From a virus: DNA of 64,000 bases. Below, piece by piece: positions 57,946-64,000 of the stretch. Both the position numbers and the translations under genes were made by a program. The notes beneath the pieces were generated by a model. The model saw only the letters and a list, made by a program, of their open reading frames with translations, did not search any database and was not told the DNA's origin. Positions within the stretch are counted from its first letter, which is position 1. Each line of letters begins with the position of its first letter. The stretch is from positions 1-64,000 of the IMG/VR virus record IMGVR_UViG_3300033273_000460; one strand, given 5' to 3'.

Positions 57946-60900
57946 TGGCATTGCGTAAACATTCACAACTGCTCCCGGGCGTATTTCAAACTTCTCGTAA
58001 TCAAAAGTTTTTAAATGCTACACTGGACCAATTGAACAGTGAACCAAATAATGTTCGCATCAATCAGTACATTGGACGTTCACCAACTAGAAGTTATGTC
58101 AAAGGTGATGGTTATATTACAGAAAGTACTGCTCTTAGGCAAAGCTACCAACTAGAACCAGCAGTTGTATATCGCAACAGTGCTGGTGAGGTAGAAAGTG
58201 TTGATGGTATCATTAATGCTGTTAACAGTATAGCATTTAACAATGGCGATACAAATAATTTACACAACTTGGTAACTCAACAATATTACAACTACGAAGG
58301 TTGGGTTGACAATGACAAATTGATCAACTATGGTGAATACTTTTGGTTGCCTAAAGGACCAGATGTTGTTAATGTAGGCGGCAGTGCCGTTGACCCAGAA
58401 AAAGATTTTACAGTAAACCGTAGTGACACAACCCGTATCACAGAATTATACGACAGCAATCCCTATGATAGTCAACCATTTGCTGAATACTTTGAAGACA
58501 TCAGCACAGCAACAAGTTATTATACATTTAATAATGATGCAGATCAAAACCAAACAATTTATCTAGCTAGAGGTGGTGAGTATACCTTCACTGTTGATCA
58601 ACCAGGATTTCCTTTCTGGATCCAAACTGAAATTGGTATAAGTGGTATTAGCACAAGTCAAAGCAATATCAGCACAAGAGAAGTTGCTGGTGTTGTAAAC
58701 AATGGCGAAGACGATGGTGTAATCACATACAGAGTTCCAACAGTAGATGATCAAAATTATTATGTAAATTTACCTGTAACTGCTAATGTAGACCTAGCAA
58801 CTGATTTAACATGGAAGCAACTGCACAACCAGCCATTGGCAAATATACTTGCCAATGGCGGCATTGACACACTGACCAGTTTTGATGGTAAAACACTAGT
58901 GTTTGCAAATCAAAATCTTAATGAAAGAGAATGGGAAGCTGGTGCACTGTTTGACAGTGTAGGATTTGATGACCCTGAGGGTTTTGACCCTACAACTGTT
59001 ATCAGTATAGCAGATCGTTACAGTGTATACAAAATTAACGTAACTAACATTGCTGGCACAGACTACGTGCTGCTAACCAAACTTAGCGATATACCTCAAT
59101 ACACCAAAGTAAAAATTAAACAAGGTGTTACCTACGGATCACGTGAACTATACAAAAATGTAGATGGATTATTAGAACTTATTCCACCTATCACTGCAGA
59201 CAATAATGTACTATACTACAGAGATGGTGTAAACGAAAACATGTTTGGACGCATTGTATTGGTAGACATTGGCAATGCACAAACTATTAATGTCACCAAT
59301 GACATCATTGGACAAAATGATTATACTGCTCCAAATGGTGTTGTGTTTACAAACGGATTAAAAATTGAATTTGACAGTACTGTGTTACCTGAAAGTTATC
59401 AGAACAACACCTACTACATTGAAGGTGTAGGACAACGCAGTGGTATTTGTTTGGTTCCAGAAGTTGATCTTAGCACACCAGAAACATTCACAAACAGCCT
59501 CAGCGAACCTTTTGATAGCATAGGATTTGATGCAGGTAATTTTGATGGTACAGAGTTTGCTCCAAGTGACCCTGACTACATTGTAATGAACAGGGCATGC
59601 CGTGATAACAATGCTTGGAGTCGTTACAACAGATGGTTCCACAAAAGTGTTATTGAAGCAGCAGCAGCATACAATGATTTCACTGTGACTGTTGATTATA
59701 CTGCAAGAGCAAAACGCCCTATTGTAGAATACCGTGCAGGTCTACAACTGTTTAATCATGGCATTAATGCAAAACAGCCTGTGAGTATTTTTGATGTTAC
59801 ACAAACAGACGCACTCAGCAATGTAGCAGGAACCACAGGATACTATGCAGATGGTATCAACTTAGATCCACAAATGCGTATTGTGTTCAGTGCTGACACT
59901 GATGAAAATGTAAGGAAAACAGTCTACAGAGTTGACTTCATTGACCAAGACGGCGATATTACAACAGATAAAATTATAAACTTGGTACCTGTTGATACCA
60001 TTACAGAAGATGACTGTTTGGTTGCAAAATTAGGCACTACAAATCAAGGTAAAATGTTCTATTTCAAAAATGGTGTATGGAACGAAAGTCAACAAAAGAC
60101 AGAGTTGTTTCAAGATCCATTGTTTGATATACACAACGGAAGTCATGTTAGTTTAAGTGATACCACTGCATATCCTGACAGTTCGTTTGTAGGAACAAAA
60201 CTATTCAGTTATAAACGCAACAACAACGCTGCCAGTGACAGTGTGTTAGGCTTTGGTTTAAGTTATAAAAACTTTAACAACATTGGCGATATTGTTTTTG
60301 ATAACAACTTTATCTCAGACACATTCACATATACAAAACCAAGCACAGGCAAACAAACAAGTATTATTGTTAAAAGTGGACATGCTCATTCTTATGATTA
60401 CAACACAGGTGCTCGCAGACTTGAAAATGGCTGGCGTAGAATCAACGTTGAAAGCAAAGACTTCCAGATTGTAAGATACGAAGTTGTAGATGAGTTTTAC
60501 AGTTTTGAAATTGGATGTCAGCCTTACCAAAACAATACCAGCACAAATTTAAAAGTATACATCAACAGCAAGTTCCTAGAGCCAAGCAAGTATACTGTAC
60601 TAAGTCAAAACAACAAATACTATGTGGTGCTTGATACTGCAGCACAAGTAGATGATGTTGTAGTAATAAAAGTATTCAGCAATGACCTTACTTCGTTAGG
60701 CTATTTTGAAACACCTGTAAACTTAGAAAACAATGCCAACAACACAGATTTCACTGACCTAACACTAGGACAAATGAGAAATCATCACATTGAAATTGGA
60801 GAAAATATTCCAACCTTGTCTGGTAGTATACTTGGTGCTAACAACATGAGAGACATCGATGTTGCTCAGTATGCTGGTAAAATACTACAGCACAGTGCAG

Positions 60901-63900
60901 GTGCAATTATTCCGTTCTATTTGCTTACAAATGAAAAAGCAAACATCATTGATGCTATAAAGTTTAGCAGCACTGAATACACAAGATTCAAAAATAGATT
61001 CATAGACAATCTTGACAAGTTAGATTTAGATCTACTTGATGCAGCTGGCAGTGTTGACAAAATACTAGAGACAATGGTAGGCAGTAAAACCAATGCATTT
61101 CCTTTTTACTACAGCGACATGGTTGGTTGGGGCAATCAAAAAAGCACATACAATTATACACTAGACAACATTCAAGAAAGATTTTATGAGTTTGGCACAC
61201 AGTTTGACCTAAATGATGTTAGTCAACGCAGTGTCCTAGTTTACCTCACAAACAGCAAAAACCAAAAGCAACAACTTGTACACGGTCGTGATTATACCTT
61301 TGACACAGAAGTTGCTGGAATTCATCTTGACACTAATTTAACCATAGCAGTTGGAAATGTGTTAACAATTGTTGAATATACAGACACAGATGGCAGTTTT
61401 GTTCCGCCTACTCCAAGTAAACTTGGACTATGGCCAGCAATTGAACCAAGTGTGTACCTTGAACAAAACTTTGGTTATGAAGATACCGGCACTGGTCCAT
61501 ACAAAGTGTACGGAACACTTGATCCAAACTACACACAACATGGGCAAGGACAATTGGGTTTTGCATACCCTTTGTATACCACTTATGAAGCAGCACAGGC
61601 TGCTGATAGAGCTGCTGGTGGTGATGGCACAGGCATTCATATTCACAAGTTTATAGGTACACCACAACTTTTCTATATGCCTGCCGCAGCAGGTTTGCCA
61701 CAGCATGGAGCACAGGATAACTCCACCATTGATTATTATCCAGGTGTGCGTACAATCATTAGAGGGCATGATGGTTCACGTTACGTTGGTTTTGGCGATG
61801 TACGTGACAGTATCATTTTTGAATACGAAGCTAGAGTATACAACAATATCAAAACTGTTTACAGCAATGAATTGTTTGATTGGCAGGAAGTACTAACTGG
61901 TTATGCTCGCAGTACTCAAGAAGATAGAAAAATTGAAAATGATATACTGCGTAGCAGTTATGGCACCTGGGCAGAAAAGAATCGTATAGACATCACTAAA
62001 AATGATACATTTAGTGTAGCAAATGCATTTACATGGAACTACTCCCAAAGCCAAAATAAAAATACTGGAGATACATGGCCGGGCGGCTGGAGAGGCATAT
62101 TCAATTGGTTGTATGACACCGAAACTCCACACTTAACTCCATGGGAAATGTTAGGACTATCCTCAAAACCAAGTTGGTGGGATTATCGTTATGGTGCAGC
62201 TCCTTATACAAAAGGTAACACTGTGTTGTGGGAAGACCTACGTGATGGCAAGTTATACAGTGATGCAATCAGCAGTGAATACACCACGCTGTCAAGATAC
62301 CAACGTCCAGAGCTGTTAGATTTTATTCCAACAGACGAACAAGGTAATCTTCGTCCTCCTGCAGATTTTGCCTGCAAAGATTTATCTGTTAGCACTGCAA
62401 ATGGCACTTGGCGTTTTGGTGACTATTCACCACAAGAAACTGCTTGGAGAACCAGCAGCGAATGGCCATTCGCTGCACAATTGTTAGGGATACTACGCAA
62501 GCCCGCAAAGTATTGTAGTTTGCTATGGGATACAAATTTATTTGAATACAACAGTGCATTTGATCAAATACTACAGAAAAACAGGACATACAGACCAAAC
62601 CTTGCAGACTACTGCTTGCACGGCGTTGCTGACAGCAACGGCACAATAAGTCGCAGAGAAGGTTATAATCAATTTATTTTCAATCATCTTGTGTACAACA
62701 ACTTCAGTGCCAGTGATGTTGAAACAAAGGTAAGAAATCTAGAACTAAATCTTTGTTATGCTGTTGGTGGTTTTACTGACAAAAACCTACTCAAAGTTGT
62801 AGCAGAAACAGCAACACCAAACACCAGCAACAACACAATTTTTGTTCCAGATGAAAACTACACTATCTTTTTAAGCAAAAGCACTCCGCTAGAGCGTGTG
62901 GTGTACAGTGGTGTGCGTATTGTTCGTGTTGAGAATGGTTATAAGATCACAGGTTACGACAGTGCCAATCCGTTTTTTAAAGTTGTTCCTAGTAAAAAAT
63001 CACAGAACACTAGAACATTCAGTATAGGACCTGACACTGGTTTTAGTGTATATGATGATTATAATCCTTATATTGTAAATCTAGCATATGGTACAGTTTT
63101 GTCAACCAAGCAGCAGGTGGTAGATTTCCTAAACAGTTTACAAAGATACTATGTAAACAAAGGAATTGTGTTTGACAACGACAACGGTGACTTTATTCAA
63201 GCTGCAAAAGAGTTTGTGTTCTGGAGTCAACAAGGATGGGAAACAGGCAGTGTGTTTACTGTTAGTCCTTTGTATGATAGAATTAAAATAAATCGTAATT
63301 TTACAACAATAGATGATCTAAGTCAAACCATAAGTTTACGTGACGTCAATGGCAAACCTATTGCTAAAACAGATTATAAAGTTAGTCGCATAGACAACGA
63401 AACTATAGTTTATGTTAACTCAGAAAACACAGTGTTAGCAAGTGCTGTGATAAATCCTATACAGTATGAACATGTGTTGGTATTAGACAATGAAACTATT
63501 TTTAATGATCTAGTGTATCAACCAAATCTAGGCAACAGACAAGATAGATTAAAATTAATTGGACAAAAGACAGGAGACTGGAATGGTACACTGCACGCAC
63601 CAGGTTATATTGTAAGTGCAGATAGTTTTAATATTTGGTTAGAAAATAAAAGTTACAGCAAAGGGGAATATGTAAGTTTCCGCAACAAAGAATATGTAGC
63701 CAACCAAGATCATTCAGGAACATCAACTTTTGATTATGACAACTGGGATTTACTACCTAATTATAAATCAGGTTTGTTAAAAAATATTGCACATCGCAGT
63801 TCACAATTTGAAAACTTTTACAACATTGACATACTCAATATTGAAAATGATGTTGATTTAGCAGGCAAAGGACTTATTGGTTTCCGTAGTAGAGAATGGT

Positions 63901-64000
63901 TAGAAAACTTAGGCTTAGATGACGTTAGCCAAGTAAAGTTCTATCAAGGATTGCTCAAGGGCAAAGGTACTAGCGATGTTATCAACAAACTTATCAATGC
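57945..64000 (+). CDS. Giant baseplate/virion structural protein (gp7-like position), >2018 aa, runs off the right edge
   Basis: Not in the ORF track because no stop falls in the window. Starts at a TAATG overlap: MALRKHSQLLPGVFQTSRNQKFLNATLDQL...YQLEP; the same frame at the window end reads FYQGLLKGKGTSDVINKLIN. Confidence 0.85.
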   Translation, partial: MALRKHSQLLPGVFQTSRNQKFLNATLDQLNSEPNNVRINQYIGRSPTRSYVKGDGYITESTALRQSYQLEPAVVYRNSAGEVESVDGIINAVNSIAFNNGDTNNLHNLVTQQYYNYEGWVDNDKLINYGEYFWLPKGPDVVNVGGSAVDPEKDFTVNRSDTTRITELYDSNPYDSQPFAEYFEDISTATSYYTFNNDADQNQTIYLARGGEYTFTVDQPGFPFWIQTEIGISGISTSQSNISTREVAGVVNNGEDDGVITYRVPTVDDQNYYVNLPVTANVDLATDLTWKQLHNQPLANILANGGIDTLTSFDGKTLVFANQNLNEREWEAGALFDSVGFDDPEGFDPTTVISIADRYSVYKINVTNIAGTDYVLLTKLSDIPQYTKVKIKQGVTYGSRELYKNVDGLLELIPPITADNNVLYYRDGVNENMFGRIVLVDIGNAQTINVTNDIIGQNDYTAPNGVVFTNGLKIEFDSTVLPESYQNNTYYIEGVGQRSGICLVPEVDLSTPETFTNSLSEPFDSIGFDAGNFDGTEFAPSDPDYIVMNRACRDNNAWSRYNRWFHKSVIEAAAAYNDFTVTVDYTARAKRPIVEYRAGLQLFNHGINAKQPVSIFDVTQTDALSNVAGTTGYYADGINLDPQMRIVFSADTDENVRKTVYRVDFIDQDGDITTDKIINLVPVDTITEDDCLVAKLGTTNQGKMFYFKNGVWNESQQKTELFQDPLFDIHNGSHVSLSDTTAYPDSSFVGTKLFSYKRNNNAASDSVLGFGLSYKNFNNIGDIVFDNNFISDTFTYTKPSTGKQTSIIVKSGHAHSYDYNTGARRLENGWRRINVESKDFQIVRYEVVDEFYSFEIGCQPYQNNTSTNLKVYINSKFLEPSKYTVLSQNNKYYVVLDTAAQVDDVVVIKVFSNDLTSLGYFETPVNLENNANNTDFTDLTLGQMRNHHIEIGENIPTLSGSILGANNMRDIDVAQYAGKILQHSAGAIIPFYLLTNEKANIIDAIKFSSTEYTRFKNRFIDNLDKLDLDLLDAAGSVDKILETMVGSKTNAFPFYYSDMVGWGNQKSTYNYTLDNIQERFYEFGTQFDLNDVSQRSVLVYLTNSKNQKQQLVHGRDYTFDTEVAGIHLDTNLTIAVGNVLTIVEYTDTDGSFVPPTPSKLGLWPAIEPSVYLEQNFGYEDTGTGPYKVYGTLDPNYTQHGQGQLGFAYPLYTTYEAAQAADRAAGGDGTGIHIHKFIGTPQLFYMPAAAGLPQHGAQDNSTIDYYPGVRTIIRGHDGSRYVGFGDVRDSIIFEYEARVYNNIKTVYSNELFDWQEVLTGYARSTQEDRKIENDILRSSYGTWAEKNRIDITKNDTFSVANAFTWNYSQSQNKNTGDTWPGGWRGIFNWLYDTETPHLTPWEMLGLSSKPSWWDYRYGAAPYTKGNTVLWEDLRDGKLYSDAISSEYTTLSRYQRPELLDFIPTDEQGNLRPPADFACKDLSVSTANGTWRFGDYSPQETAWRTSSEWPFAAQLLGILRKPAKYCSLLWDTNLFEYNSAFDQILQKNRTYRPNLADYCLHGVADSNGTISRREGYNQFIFNHLVYNNFSASDVETKVRNLELNLCYAVGGFTDKNLLKVVAETATPNTSNNTIFVPDENYTIFLSKSTPLERVVYSGVRIVRVENGYKITGYDSANPFFKVVPSKKSQNTRTFSIGPDTGFSVYDDYNPYIVNLAYGTVLSTKQQVVDFLNSLQRYYVNKGIVFDNDNGDFIQAAKEFVFWSQQGWETGSVFTVSPLYDRIKINRNFTTIDDLSQTISLRDVNGKPIAKTDYKVSRIDNETIVYVNSENTVLASAVINPIQYEHVLVLDNETIFNDLVYQPNLGNRQDRLKLIGQKTGDWNGTLHAPGYIVSADSFNIWLENKSYSKGEYVSFRNKEYVANQDHSGTSTFDYDNWDLLPNYKSGLLKNIAHRSSQFENFYNIDILNIENDVDLAGKGLIGFRSREWLENLGLDDVSQVKFYQGLLKGKGTSDVINKLIN

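Noticed and set aside
1-64000. Stop-codon reassignment as in some large phages
   Set aside because: Core genes are full length in the standard code, and TAG and TGA both serve as real stops (e.g. gp21, gp5, gp46).

Overview
This 64-kb window is the virion-morphogenesis region of a large T4-superfamily myophage. The gene shapes (1081-aa sheath, 1180-aa gp6, a >2000-aa wedge protein running off the right edge) suggest the GAP32/Rak2-like jumbo phages, but that placement is inferred, not tested. Left to right: gp4 (partial), tube-like proteins, sheath, dNMP kinase, neck gp13/gp14/gp15, a Nudix hydrolase, about 16 kb of Ser/Thr/Gly-rich modular fibre genes, the head module (gp23, gp22, gp21, acidic core protein, portal gp20), tape measure, a gp26/gp51-like chaperone pair, a stand-alone GIY-YIG nuclease, gp46/gp47/gp55 and the baseplate operon. 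Late promoters of the form NATAAATA precede most structural genes, and several sigma70-type promoters are present. The most unusual signal is a ~420-nt non-coding element (41720-42140) that folds on the minus strand into an ornate RNA with G-U-rich helices, GNRA tetraloops and two possible pseudoknots. Its first helix buries the stop codon of the catalytic-domain-only GIY-YIG gene, making the pair a candidate nuclease-RNA system. Other highlights are a probable -1 frameshift in the chaperone pair, a set of Maf-like/sulfotransferase/SGNH genes interleaved with the fibre genes (possible virion glycosylation), two structured 5' leaders, and several unusual promoter arrangements. All calls come from reading motifs by eye; no searches or folding programs were run.
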